Shown: one piece after another, positions 47,730-60,399 of the stretch
Numbering within the stretch: the first letter of the stretch is position 1
How the letters are laid out: every line of letters begins with the position of its first letter
Assembly: GCA_964016885.1 (NCBI GenBank)
Contig: OZ024749.1
Coordinates: 19,220,001 to 19,284,000, forward strand
DNA from: Eledone cirrhosa
Taxonomy: Eukaryota
DNA: 64,000 nt
Reading direction: 5' to 3'
The notes under the pieces: model-generated
What the model was told of the DNA's origin: nothing
What the model saw: the letters and a program-made list of their open reading frames with translations, nothing else
Database searches by the model: none
Made by a program: the position numbers and the translations under genes

Positions 47730-50700
47730 AAATTCACCTCGTGGACGAGAATGCAAGCACTCCTCCTTGTTTCGGCCGCGGATGGCTAACATAACCCCAT
47801 CCCCCCACCACCCCGCGCCCCAGCGCCCCCACCCTCCAAACACAATCCAAAACTTCAGAGTTGGTACCATGAATGTAGGCACCTTAAAGGGTCGCTCTAA
47901 CGAGGTTGTAGAGATGCTTGAATGTAAGTAGGTCGATGTTTGTTGTATTCAAGAGACCAGGTGGAGGAGAGGGTCTGCTAGATTCATCGTGGGTAAAGAA
48001 CGATGCTATCAGCTTTTCTGGGTGGGAAATGACAATGAGCTGGGTGGAGTAGGAATCATGGTAGCAGAAAAGTGGGCAGATAAGATAATAGACGTAAATG
48101 GAGTGAACGACAGAATAATTAAAATAAGACTTGTCCTCAATAGAACTACGGTGACAGTAATATCTGCGTACGCACCCCAATCCGGACTGTCCGGCACTAT
48201 AAAAGACAGATTCTATGAGACACTGATGCTCGCCACCTCCCAAATAACCGACAGTGACGATATAATTATTGCAGGCGACCTAAATGGTCACGTTGGACAA
48301 CATTGTGACAGCTATGATGGAATCCATGGAGGCTATGGTTTCGGTACTAGAAATGAGGAAGGCTCCAGAATCCTGGAATTCTGTGACGCAAATAACCTAA
48401 CTATCTGTAACACTAACTTCAAAAAACGTGACAATCACTTGATCACCTATAGATCGGGGGAACACACAAGCCAGGTAGATTATATCCTTACCAGAAGACG
48501 TGACAGAGTGTCTGTTGTTAACACTAAATCCCTCCCCCATGAAGAATGCACCTCCCAACATAGACTGATAATTAGCGACCTCATAGTCAGGACGAGACGT
48601 ACTAGACAGCAGAAGAAGACTATCCTCAGGAGAAAAATATGGAAGCTAAAGGACCCCACAACCAGAAATAAATTTCAAAATCATATTACTTGATGCTTTC
48701 GACAGTAAGGAAGAGCAATTAGAGTCGTATAATATAGAGGAACAGTGGGAATTCTTGAAAGCAAACCTGCTCACGGCGGCAGACGAAGTCTGTGGCTGGA
48801 GCAGGCCTGTAGGTAGGAGGAGAGTAACATGGTGGTGGAACAGTAAGGTGGAGGAGTCAATTAAGGCCAAAAAGCAGGCTTGGAAAGTATGGTGGGATGG
48901 GGGAAGTAGAGAAGACTATCAAGTGGCCAGGTGGGAAGCTAGGAGACAAGTGTACTTCGCAAGAAGGGAAGCAGAGGAAAGAAAGTTCAAGCATGTTCTA
49001 AAACATGAAAACCAAAAACGTGAGGTGTTCAGGATTGCTAGGCAATGTGTCAAGGAAAACCGTGATATTGTCGGGGAGAAGTGTGTACTTCCTGATGATG
49101 GTGTACTTGCCATCACTGACGCTGATAAGAAGGTAGCTTGGAAGTGTCACTACGAAAGGCTTCTAAATGAGGAGAATAAATGGGAGAAAGACAGTCTCCC
49201 CCACATCGACCCAATAGAGGGACCAGCAGTGTTAGTCGAAGGTAGTATAATAAGTAAGGCAATCCAAGATATGAAGACGGGTAAGGCGGCTGGGCCTTCG
49301 GAAATATTTGCTGAGATGCTGAAAGCCTATGGAACGGTGGGACACACCATGGTCACCCGGATAGTAAACCAAGTCATACAGAATGGGGTTGTTCCGAAGG
49401 ACTGGCGCAGCAGCATCATCATTAACTGTTACAAGGGTAAAGGAGATGCCCTAGATAGGAGTAACTATAGAGGCATTAAATTAATCGACCAGGTCATGAA
49501 GGTCACGGAAAAAGTAATAGCGCAATTAATCAGAGAGAGAATTGATCTAGATGAAATGCAGTTCGGGTTTGTGTCAGGCAAAAGTACCACAGACGCTCTT
49601 TTCATTGTACGACAACTACAGGAGAAGTACCTAGCTAAAAGTAAACCCCTATACTTAGCTTTTGTCGACTTGGAGAAAGCCTTCGACAGAGTCCCCCGTT
49701 CCATTATCTGGTGGGCTCTTAGAAAACTAGGTGTTGATGAATGGCTTGTGAGAGTTATACAAGCCATGTATAAAGAAACAGTCAGCAAGGTTAGAATTAA
49801 CAGCGAATATAGTGAAGAGTTTAGCGTAAAAGTTGGTGTTCATCAGGGCTCTGTTCTTAGCCCCCTACTATTTATTATTGCCCTTCAGGCTATAACAGTG
49901 GAGTTCAAGACCAGCTGCCCATGGGAACTCCTATACGCAGATGATCTAACGCTCATAGCTGAATCAATGGCCGAGCTAGAGAAGAAATTCCAAACATGGA
50001 AGCACGGCCTAGAATCAAACGACCTTAAAATTAACCTGGCTAAGACTAAAGTTCCAGTTTGTAGGAAAGAAAATAAGGCGCCGGTCCCTTCCGGGAAATG
50101 GCCATGCTCAGTGTGTAGGAAAGGCGTAGGTAGAAACTCCATTTTATGTCCCAAATGCAAAGTATGGGTGCATAAAAGATGTAGTGGGATCACAGGTAAG
50201 CTAACTAAGAACATAGATTTTACATGTGGCCGGTGCTCTGGTGCAATAAGTAGCAGCAAGTGCCCACAAAATACTAGCTTTTTCAATTGCACAGAGGGTT
50301 CTATAGAAATAGTGGACAGCTTCCGTTACCTGGGTGACAAAATCAGCAGTGGGGGAGGGTGCTCTGAAAGTACAGTAGCTAGAGTCAGAACTGGATGGAA
50401 AAAGTTCAGAGAGCTTATACCACTATTAGCCGCTAAAGGGTTCTCCCTAAAAATGAAAGGCAGGTTGTATGATGCCTGCATACGAACAGCAATGTTGCAT
50501 GGCAGTGAGACCTGGGCATTGTGTGCAGAGGATATACGCAGACTAGAGAGGAACGAAGCTTGCTGGATGTGTAATAGTAATATACGTGAACGGCAAAGCA
50601 TAAACGAACTAAGGGAAAAATTAGAAATAAGAGGGATCAGATGTTGTTTACTCGAGAGAAGGCTACGTTGGTATGGTCACGTGATACACATGAAAGATGA

Positions 50701-50865
50701 CAGCTGTATAAAAAAGTGCAGGGCAATAAAGATAGACGGTAGCCACGGAGTAGGCAGACCCAGAAAAACCTGGGACGACCTGATAAATTCCGACCTCACA
50801 CACTTACACCTCTCCAAGACAATGTCACTGGACCGAGATCTTTGGCGCTACACAGTAATAGAGAC
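47730..50865 (+). mobile_element. RTE family A, near-complete coding region, lacking 3' UTR
   Basis: ORFs 47989..48693 (APE) and 48755..50872 (RT with YADD and C4HC3 finger); stop near 47929 and frameshift near 48680. Confidence 0.95.
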
Positions 50866-51074
50866 TTATTAAAATAATATAAACAATTCACTATCCAGAT
50901 TGCCTCCAAAAATAATGGTCGCATTTTAAAAGGGTACGTCAAAGCTTATTTGTAAAACTGTTATATATTGTATTTTGTCTGATGAAGGCATACCATAATT
51001 TAATTTGGTATCCCTGAAATATGTATAATGAAATAAATATGGTTTTATAAATATAGTTTCCATTTATTAATATC

Positions 51075-51078
<4 letters not shown>
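50866..51078 (+). mobile_element. Solo PLE family A-like 3' end
   Basis: Similar to 14520-14728; ends at ATATCGTATA into (TA)n. Confidence 0.8.
50972..51034 (+). ncRNA. Type I hammerhead ribozyme (family A variant)
   Basis: ATTTTGT-CTGATGA-AGGCATACCA..TGGTATCCCT-GAAA-TATGTA-TA-ATGAAAT. Confidence 0.8.
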
Positions 51079-51110
<32 letters not shown>

Positions 51111-51289
51111 TCCTCTTTAACTCTTTAAAAGTTATACATGCATACTTTCTCATACTCACATACACACATACATACTCATACACACTCATACATACTCATA
51201 CATACTCATATACACACATACATACACACAAACACACATACACACATATTTATACACATATACACACATTTCCTATCAGACACTTCTAC

Positions 51290-51745
51290 ACCCACCTATT
51301 CCCGAGAGGGTCGTGGGAGTAGAGTCCTCAAACACAGTGGGTCCTGTCAGAAGCAACTGCCTCCAACTGATCTGGCTGGATCCCCAAGCGTGACCAGACA
51401 AGCTCATGGATGTCATCCAACCATCTTGCACAGGGTGTACCCCTGGGTCTCCCACCTGTTGATTTCGCCCGTAAAATCTGTCCAGAGATTCTCTCCTGAG
51501 ACATTCTAATCACATATCCTTAGTATCGGAGCCGTGATCTCTCAATTCGGAGAAGTAGCAGCTCTACCTGGAGTGACTCTCTGATCTCCAAGCTACGCTC
51601 TTTATCGAGTAATGTTACTCCGAAGACCCTTCAGAGGAATTCCATTTTGGTCACTTGTATTCACAATCGTATTCTTTCGGTCATTACTCAACATACATGA
51701 CCAAAGGTTAGGGTTGGCAAGCAAACCGAATTGAAGACAGCTTTA
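51290..51745 (-). mobile_element. Degenerate RTE-clade LINE 3' fragment (another family)
   Basis: GGRPRGTPCARWLDDIHELVWSRLGI on minus strand. Confidence 0.7.
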
Positions 51746-52073
51746 ACACCTACCCCCTTCTGATAATTGAATGCTGAAACTGGTGCATTACTGCTCCAGC
51801 TTTTGCACACAGACAGATGTATAACTAAAACCCCAGGACTTACAAATGTATATATAGTATATAGACAATAGCACTACTCTGGTACTGTACATATATAGAG
51901 TACCCCAGGATTTAGTAATATGTATACAGTATATAAACAATAGCCCTAATAGGTACTGAACTCATATTACAAAGAGTATACTTAATGCAATAGAAATAAC
52001 AACACTGCACATAGCCAAGGCACACAGAGCTGTGCTCAGTAATGTGGTGATAATACACAACAAAAATCTGATA

Positions 52074-52398
52074 AATAATAATTGTTTCTACTTTAAGCAC
52101 AAGGCTGGCAATTTGAAAGGGAGAGGAAAGTCAATGAAATCAACCCCAGTGCATTACTGGTACTTTATTTTATCGACCCCCATAAGGATGAAAAGCAAAG
52201 CTAACCTTGGCGGGATTTGAACTCAGAACGCAAAGGGCCATAACTCTATGCCACGAAGCATGTTGTTTGATGCTCCACCGCCTTTATTGGCCACTAATAA
52301 TAATGGTTTTTGATTTAGGCACAAGGCCAACAATTTTAGGGTAGGGAAATGTTGATTAAATCAACCCCAGTGCATTACTGGTACTTTATTTTATCGAT
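52074..52398 (-). mobile_element. One degenerate SINE S2 copy plus a second 3' fragment
   Basis: GCACAAGGC..CAGTGCATTACTGGTACTTTATTTTATCGA occurs twice. Confidence 0.8.
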
Positions 52399-52427
52399 GC
52401 CACCACAATCATCACCAACTACAATTA

Positions 52428-52910
52428 CTTCCAATACCACTACAACCACAGCCAACACAACTACAACCACAGCCAATACCACTACAACCACAGCCAACAC
52501 AACTACAACCACAGCCAATACCACTACAACCACAGCCAACACAACTACAACCACAGCCAATACCACTACAACCACAGCCAATACCACTACAACCACAGCC
52601 AACACAACTACAACCACAGCCAACACAACTACAACCACAGCCAATACCACTACAACCACAGCCAACACAACTACAACCACTGCCAACACAACTATAATTA
52701 CTTACACCAACACAACTACAACCACCACCAAACACTAACATTAACACAAACACCATCATAGCCACCGTCATTAACAATCCAACCACTATCACCACAGCTA
52801 CCTCCACAACAACCACCACCACCACTATCACCACAACAACAGCCCCAGCCACCATCACCACAACAACAGCTCCAACCACCACTACTACCATCACCACACC
52901 ACTACCATTG
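52428..52910. repeat. 21 bp minisatellite (ACAACCACAGCCAAYACMACT, ~12 copies) and ACC/ACA-rich tract
   Basis: Direct reading; translates as TTTTTAN repeats. Confidence 0.9.
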
Positions 52911-53520
52911 ATTCTCTTATAATTAATTCTATCATAATCTTATTTCTAAGCATTCAGTTGTTGTGTGGAACCTGAGGCTGAAGACTGTTTTTGTTTTCTT
53001 TGGCAGGAGAGTAATGGTGTCTGTAGGGGTAGGGTTGGGGTGCTATGTTATTTTTTTAATTTAATCATTTTTTTTTGTTTTCTTTATTGTGAGGGTAAGA
53101 TGGAGGATGGAGGTTCAGCGTGGCTTTTTTTTTAAATTTCTTTAATTAATCTTTTTTTTTGTTTTCTTTGGTTTGGAGGAGGGTGGTGCAGTGTTTGTTG
53201 CTTTTTATTTTAAAATTCGTTTAATTACTTTTTGCAGTCATGTCTCTCCTTAAAACTCTGGGCTGGTAAACTAAAAAAACAACAACCAAGCCACCCTTTA
53301 GCATTTATATCATTCTATATATACTATTGTATTTTTGTGGTAAAGGCTTTACCTCACATAATTATCTCACATAATATTGAATCTATGAGATAGTGGTGGT
53401 GGTGGGGTCTGTATACGTCAACTTACCATTAATTGGGGAATTCTTTTGACATCTACCTACAGTTGGAGAGTTCTCTCTATGTCTGTTACATCCAGCTGGA
53501 GAGTACCCTATAATATATAT

Positions 53521-54160
53521 CATCATCATCATCATCATCGTTTAACGTCCATATTCCACGCTTGCATGGGTTTGGACGGGAGTTTTCCCACTTGAGGCAA
53601 GAGTGGTTGTCTTGCTCGCATAGGACTGTCTGGCGGGTTTTCTACGGCTGGATGCCCTTCCTAACACCAACCACATTTACAGTGTGGAACTGGGAGGTTT
53701 TTACCGTGTTAACTACACGGCCACATTACAGCGTGGACTGTGTTTTTTTTTTGTCGTAACACCTACACGACCTCATTTGTTTCGGCCTGGATGTTGTGGT
53801 ACCAACATAACTTTACATTGAAAGGGGCGGTGTGGATGGGGTGGGGGTAGTGGGACGGGGGTGTATTTTGTTAGAGGTGACTACTGACTGTAGTAGGTTT
53901 TACTTTGTATTTAGGTAAAGCGGGTCTTCTCTATTACTGAGTACTGCCAAAGATCTCGGTCCAGTGACATTGTCTTGGAGAGGTGTAAGTGTGTGAGGTC
54001 GGAATTTATCAAGTCGTCCCAGGTTTTTCTGGGTCTGCCTACTCCGTAGCTACCGTCTATTTTTATTGTCCTGCACTTTTTTATACAGCTGTTGTCTTTC
54101 ATGCGCATCACGTGACCATACCAACGTAGCCTTCTCTCAAGTAAACAACATCTGATCCCT

Positions 54161-54163
<3 letters not shown>
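53521..54163 (-). mobile_element. 5'-truncated RTE family A 3' end
   Basis: RRLRWYGHVMRMK..GRPRKTW; (CAT)n tail. Confidence 0.9.
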
Positions 54164-54194
<31 letters not shown>

Positions 54195-54229
54195 GGGGTA
54201 CTCTCCAGCTAGATGTAACAGACATAGAG

Positions 54230-54302
<73 letters not shown>

Positions 54303-54449
54303 TATATACACACTTATACCTAGTAGGCAACTCCTCCCTCAATCTTCTATCCCTTCTCATTCACCTCCCTTAGCGATAACCATACCTCCACTCCTACCTT
54401 GTCCGCATTTTCTCCCAAGCTCTCCACCCTCCCTAGTCCCAAGACAAAC

Positions 54450-54897
54450 GTGTCCAGTCCACACTGTAAAGTGGTTGTGACTGTGACACAACAAAGGTGC
54501 CCAGTCCACACTGTAAAGTGGTTGTGACTGTGACACAACAAAGGTGCCCAGGCCACACTGTAAAGTGGTTGTGACTGTGACACAACAAAGGTGCCCAGGC
54601 AACACTGTAAAGTGGTTGTGACTGTGACACAACAAAGGTGCCCAGGCCACACTGTAAAGTGGTTGTGACTGTGACACAACAAAAGTGCCCAGGCCACACT
54701 GTAAAGTGGATGTGTAAAAGACACGACAAAAAGAACCCAACACACACTGTCGTTGTGGTTGGCGTTAGAAAGGACATCCAGCCAGAGACTCTCCTATATG
54801 ACCAAGACACGGTCACCCGACCGAACTTGCCTCTAAATGGAACAAAACTGTCTAACCAGCGTGGAAGATAGGGGTTAAACGATGATGATGATGATGA
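54450..54897 (+). mobile_element. RTE-type 3' UTR/SINE fragment with 47 bp tandem repeat (~5.3 copies, 54459-54708)
   Basis: Unit CACACTGTAAAGTGGTTGTGACTGTGACACAACAAAGGTGCCCAGKC; GGTTGGCGTTAGAAAGGACATCCAGC motif; (GAT)n tail. Confidence 0.75.
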
Positions 54898-55451
54898 CAC
54901 TCACCTTGATATATGCAAATACACACACACACACACACTCTCTATATGTATATATGTGTGCATGTGTGTACATGATATACAGGTACCCCCTCCCCCCCTA
55001 CACACACACATACCTGTTGTAACAATTTAAACTGAGCTTTTTACATCATCTCATTATTACCACCTTCCTCATATACACACACACACTTTTGCACATACAC
55101 ACACACTTTCACATACACACACACTTGCACATACACTCACACTTGCCCATACCCAACACTCACACACACACACACACTTGCACATACACTCTTACACACA
55201 CACACACACTTGTACACACACACTTGCACATACACACACACTTGTACACACAAAAACACACATCTGTTTCTTTCACTCAGATTAACAAATCGAAGGAAAA
55301 CAAAAGATTGTTTCTCTTGAGTGTATATTGGTTTCCATGGACACCAAGGTAGGTGGCTAGATTTGGATGAGAGGGTGGAGGTTAGTTTCAAACTTAGATT
55401 AATTCTCCTACACACGTGTGTGTGTGTGTGTAATATTTATATATATATATA

Positions 55452-56338
55452 TATATTTATTAAAATAACAGATTAAAGTTTAAGCAAAGAATCGCTGCTT
55501 TCACCCTTAACGGGATCTTCTGAAACTAACAAAGTCAATCTGTAAACGCAGAACTGGATATTTCAAAAAACGTTGCAACCGGAGGAAGACAGGAAGACGA
55601 TACTTTGGTTCGTGGAAACGTTCGCTGGCAAAGAACGGGAAAAAACGAATAATACGTCATTAATAGGAGCGGTGAAAAACAATTACGCGCAAAGACAGAA
55701 CCACGTTTATGGTATAAAAGAGGTTGAAGACTAATATTCTCTTAGGTGGTGCATAGAGACGTTCTCTGGCGATGAACGAAAAAACGAAGATAATAAGTCA
55801 TATAGCGGAGATTCATTTGGTCTCCTAGTTAGAATTTTAGTCTACAACTTCTGCTATACCATTTACATGGTTTTGTCTTTGCGTGCTATTGTTCTCCACA
55901 CTCCACATATGACTTATTATCTTCGTTTTTTCGTTCATCACCAGAGAACGTCTCTTTGCACCACCTAAGAGAACATTAGTCTTCAACCTCTTTTATACCA
56001 TAAACGTGGTTCTGTCTTTGCGCGTAATTGTTTTTCACCGCTCCTATTAATGACGTATTATTCGTTTTTTCCCGTTCTTTGCCAGCGAACGTTTCCACGA
56101 ACCAAAGTATCGTCTTCCTGTCTTCCTCCGGTTGCAACGTTTTTTGAAATATCCAGTTCTGCGTTTACAGATTGACTTTGTTAGTTTCAGAAGATCCCGT
56201 TAAGGGTGAAAGCAGCGATTCTTTGCTTAAACTTTAATCTGTTATTTTATAAATATTTGCTCTGCGGTTCTTATATATTTGATATATATTTTCCTTATCG
56301 AGCCCTCTTTGGATTTTAGTCTTCAATTTTATTATTAT

Positions 56339-56343
<5 letters not shown>
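55452..56343. mobile_element. Non-coding inverted-repeat element (family E) with variant HHR in each arm
   Basis: ~55452-55803 is the reverse complement of ~55907-56258; tail 56259-56343 on the right arm only. Confidence 0.85.
56184..56232 (+). ncRNA. Hammerhead-like motif with variant core CAGAAGA (twin at 55478-55526, minus)
   Basis: GTTT-CAGAAGA-TCCC GTTAA GGGT-GAA-AGCAG CGATTCT TTGCT-T-AAAC. Confidence 0.6.
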
Positions 56344-56373
<30 letters not shown>

Positions 56374-56377
56374 TAGA

Positions 56378-56634
56378 TAGAATGTAGTGTGCGAGAGAGG
56401 AGACTGAGCTGGTATGGACATGTGATGCACATGGAGGATGACCGATGGGTGAAGAAGTGCCAGGAAATGCCAGTTGAAGGAAGACGTGGTAGAGGTAGAC
56501 CACGAAAAACATGGACCGGAGGTGGTGAGAACAGACCTCAGATCGCTGAAGCTCACGGTGGAGAGATGCTATGCTGAATAAGACCAGTCCCACCCTTGCA
56601 AGCAGGGAAAAGCGGACGTAAAATGATGATGATG

Positions 56635-56636
<2 letters not shown>
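56378..56636 (+). mobile_element. RTE LINE 3' end (family C)
   Basis: ERRLSWYGHVMHME..GRRGRGRPRKTW; (GAT)n tail. Confidence 0.85.
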
Positions 56637-56679
<43 letters not shown>

Positions 56680-56681
<2 letters not shown>

Positions 56682-57790
56682 AAGAGGAATAAGTCTACAT
56701 TTCATCCTTTCTTTCCTTACTGTTATGTATATATTTCGGTGGTAGCCACAATTCAACAGCTATGATTTCTTCAGAAAGTTAGGAGCAACACACAGAAAAC
56801 AAAGTTTTTGTTGGAGAAAAAAAATAATATCTGAGAAAAGTAAAGTTTTTTACGTTATTTTTACTTTCTGATATTGTCAGTTGTTGATGTTGTTATGTCA
56901 ACGTCATGGCAACATATCATCACAGTTTTCATCTGTGGTGTGTTAATATAATGCATTCCCATTGGTCAGTTTCATACAGTAACAATTTTGATACAACAAC
57001 AACCATTGGACGAAGAATTTTGTGACAGAGTTTAGTGAGTATCATATATTTACAGTCTCAAAGAGGGACTATCAATGTTGGGTATGCAGCAAGTCCCAGG
57101 ATTGAACCCTGTCGATGTTTTACTTAATATAATATTGATAGTAGTACATATGTACAATTACCTAATAAAATTATTTCGATATGTGCAAATCTTGGCGTGG
57201 ATCCTACTACAAGGTAAGTATGTCTATAAGGCACACTACAAAATATTATGTCGGTGTAGTCCGTTAAGTTGCTGACCATATAGCTTGCGGAAAGTATGCT
57301 TGCTTTGGTGTTGACAAGCACCAAAGAAGTCAGCCCTATGATTAATTATCTGCCTCGCACCTCTGAGTATTTCTAGGGTCTCACTCAGACAGAGCCTATA
57401 AATGCCAGACCCACCCCAGTCAGGAGGTACCTCCCTAACCTTCAACCATACAAAAAAGTATGGGATATCGTCTGACTTGAGCTTCCAAATCAGTTTTTTC
57501 GTTTATCTACCCTATCAAAGGAGTGGCAGTGGTTATACCATCTGTCTGTAAAGCTTGTAGGTGTTGCATGTACATACGCAACAGTCACATTATGGGTCTT
57601 AACCTTACACTGGTTTACTATATTTTTCACCAGGCATTCGTTGTTAAGAGGGCACAAGGCAGGAATTTTGCAGTTACAGGACACCTTTGTATTCACTGCG
57701 TGATGTCCAGTGGGTAGGCTGGACTTCGTTGAGCGCTCTACCCTGCATACTGAAGTGTTGGTGTTAAATTTACACACAATCTGATTAATA
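56680..57790 (-). mobile_element. Decayed Naiad-type PLE 3' part: GIY-YIG (~57270-57790) and degenerate HHR (56715-56784)
   Basis: CNCKIPALCPLNNECLVKNIV...F.DRWYNH; after a frameshift LCLSETLEIL...INHRADFFGACQH; minus strand CTGAAGA...CGAAATATATACATA. Confidence 0.78.
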
Positions 57791-57792
57791 TT

Positions 57793-58052
57793 CATCATCA
57801 TCATCATCATCACCGTTTTACGTCCATTCTTCCACGCTAGCATGGGTTAGATGAGTTGTCCTGTTGTGGGCAGTGTCCAGTCGGCTGACCTTGTCGTGCT
57901 CATACAGGAACTGATTCTGGCTTGATTTCTACAACTGGATACCCTTCCTAACACCAACCTCATTTACAGTGAGTGCTGGGTACTTTTTTACCGTGGCGCC
58001 TACATGGCCACTTTAAAGTGAATGCTGGGTGCTTTTTTGTCGTGACACCTAT
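57793..58052 (-). mobile_element. RTE family B 3' UTR fragment
   Basis: Similar to 925-1180; (CAT)n tail. Confidence 0.82.
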
Positions 58053-58114
58053 ATAACATCAGTTCGGATCTAGCTGCTGAAATGGCCGGAGCTCAGCCAT
58101 CGGGGTCCTGACTC

Positions 58115-59605
58115 TTTTACGTGTGGTTATGGTGTGACCTACCGACCCAGATGCCTTCAGCATCTCGGCAGCTATACCCGATGGACCAGTTGCCTTCCCC
58201 TTCATATCTTTGATTGCTTTACTTACTACGCTGCTGCTGACTTGTACTGCTGGCCCCTCTATAGGGTCTACTTGGGGTAGGGTCTCTTCTTCCCATGCAT
58301 TCTCCTCATTTAGTAATCTATCATAATGACTCTTCCATGCATCTTTCTTCTCAGCACTTGTGAGGGCAAGCTCACCTTTATCATTCCGGGTACACTTCTC
58401 TCCAATGACATCACGATTCTCTCTGACACACTGCCTTGCAATCTTGAACACCTCCTGTTTCTGGTCCTCATGTTGCAAAACATGCTTGAATTTTCTATCC
58501 TCCGCTTCCCTTCTAGCTAAGTATACTTGTTGCCTAGCTTCCCTCCTGGTCTCTATGTAATGTACCCTGCTTCTCCCATTCTTCCATTCTTTCAATGCCT
58601 GTCTCTTAGCCTTAACTGCCTCATCTACCTTATTGTTCCACCACCAAGTCACTCTCCTCCTCCCTGTGGTCTTGCTCCAACCACAAATATCGTCTGTCGC
58701 CTTTAGTATGTTATTTTTTAAGAACTCCCAGTGCTCTTCTACATTGAATGTCTCTATCTGTTCTTCTTTACTGTCATAGGCATCGAGTAAGATATCTTTA
58801 AATCTGTTACTGGCTGAGGGGTTTTTCAGCTTCCAGATCTTTCTTCTCCAGGTTGCCTTTTGTTTCCAAATTCGTCTAGTTTTGACAGTGAGGTCGCTGA
58901 CAACTAAGTTATGTTGGGAGGTACATCCCTTACTAGGGAAGGCTTTTGTGTTTACAACCATCCATCTATCACACCCTCTGATGAGGATAAAATCTATCTT
59001 ACTAGAATGCTCCCCTGATCTATAGGTGATCAGATGGCTGTCGAGTTTTTTGAAGTTTGTGTTACATATTGATATGTAATTAGCGTCACAGAATTCCAGA
59101 AGCCTGAAACCTTCATTTCTTGTGCCAAACCCGTGGCCTCCATGAACTCTATAGAAGCCATCATGGTGTTTACCAACGTGTCCGTTAAAATTTCCTGCAA
59201 TGATTAGGAAGTCATTGTCGTTTGTTAGGGCAGTAGTGTGCATTTGGGACTCGTAAAACCTATCCTTAAGTTCGTCTGGCAACCCAGATTGGGGCACATA
59301 AGCTGATATTATTGTGGCAGTTGTTTTATTCAGGACTAGTCTGAGTTTAATGATTCTTGTGTTCACTCTATTCACTGAGGTTACCCTATCAACCCATTTG
59401 TCAGCTAATAGTATACCTACACCACCCAGAAAGATTTGTAGCACTGACTTTTGCCTACAAGGATTCTAGCTGACTCTCTTCTCCATCTAGTCTCTTGCAC
59501 ACAGCATACGTTAATTTCCTTTCACACTAGCATCTCTACAATTTCTCCTTCTCTTCCGTTCATTGCGCTTACATTGATGGTTCCAACTCAGAGTTTTCGA
59601 CATTT
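58115..59605 (-). mobile_element. RTE LINE fragment (APE domain and linker)
   Basis: ORF 58059..59444: GVGILL, SAYVPQ, GNFNGHVG, KIDFIL, TWWWN. Confidence 0.9.
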
Positions 59606-59679
59606 GCCATCACTCGTAGGATAGGGTGAATTTACATTTATATATATATTTATATATATACATTTATATATATATTTAT

Positions 59680-60026
59680 ATCATCATCATTTCATCATTT
59701 CATTTTACGTCCACTTTTCCCTGCTTGCAAGGGTGGGACGGGAACAGATTCTGGCTTGATTTCTACAGCTGGATGCCCTTCCTAACACCAACCTCATTTA
59801 CAGTGAGTGCTGGGTGCTTTTTTGCCATGGCACCTCCACGACCACTTTGCAGTGGAATGATAGGAACCCCAGTCCCTATCATCTCATTTCTACAGCTGAG
59901 TAAACTGGAGCAATGTGAAATAAAGTGTCTTGCTCAAGGAAACAACACATCACCCGGTCTGAGAATTGAACTCACAACCTTTCGATTGCAAGGCCAATGC
60001 TCTAACCACTAAGCCATGTGCCTCCA
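59680..60026 (-). mobile_element. Full-length SINE S1
   Basis: Reverse complement of 33551-33895. Confidence 0.92.
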
Positions 60027-60050
60027 TATATATATATACATATATATATA

Positions 60051-60277
60051 TCATCATCATCATCGTTTAACGTCTATCTTCCACGCTAGCATGGATTAGA
60101 CGGGAGTTGTCCCACTTGAGGCAAGATTGGCTGGGTGAATATCTGGCAGGTTTTCTATGGCTGGATGCCCTTCCTAACACCAACCACATTTACAGTGTGG
60201 ACTGGGAACTTTTTACCGTGTTACCTACATGACCACATTACAGCGTGGACTGTGTGTTTTTTTTCTCGTGATACCTA
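60051..60277 (-). mobile_element. RTE 3' UTR fragment
   Basis: GGCTGGATGCCCTTCCTAACACCAACC motif; (CAT)n tail. Confidence 0.8.
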
Positions 60278-60399
60278 AAAATATGTATGTCTCAGACAAA
60301 CAAATCTATGTTTATATCTATCTCTGTCTTTCTATCAAGAGAATATAGAGTATATACACACGCATAACAGACAATATGTATGTATGTATATATATATAT

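Noticed and set aside
52349-52897. Mucin-like Thr-rich ORF and Cys/Gly-rich antisense ORF
   Set aside because: Products of a 21 bp minisatellite; the plus ORF starts in a SINE fragment and no exon context is evident.
54459-54708. 47 bp direct repeats as a CRISPR array
   Set aside because: Contiguous units with no spacers, eukaryotic context, no cas genes.
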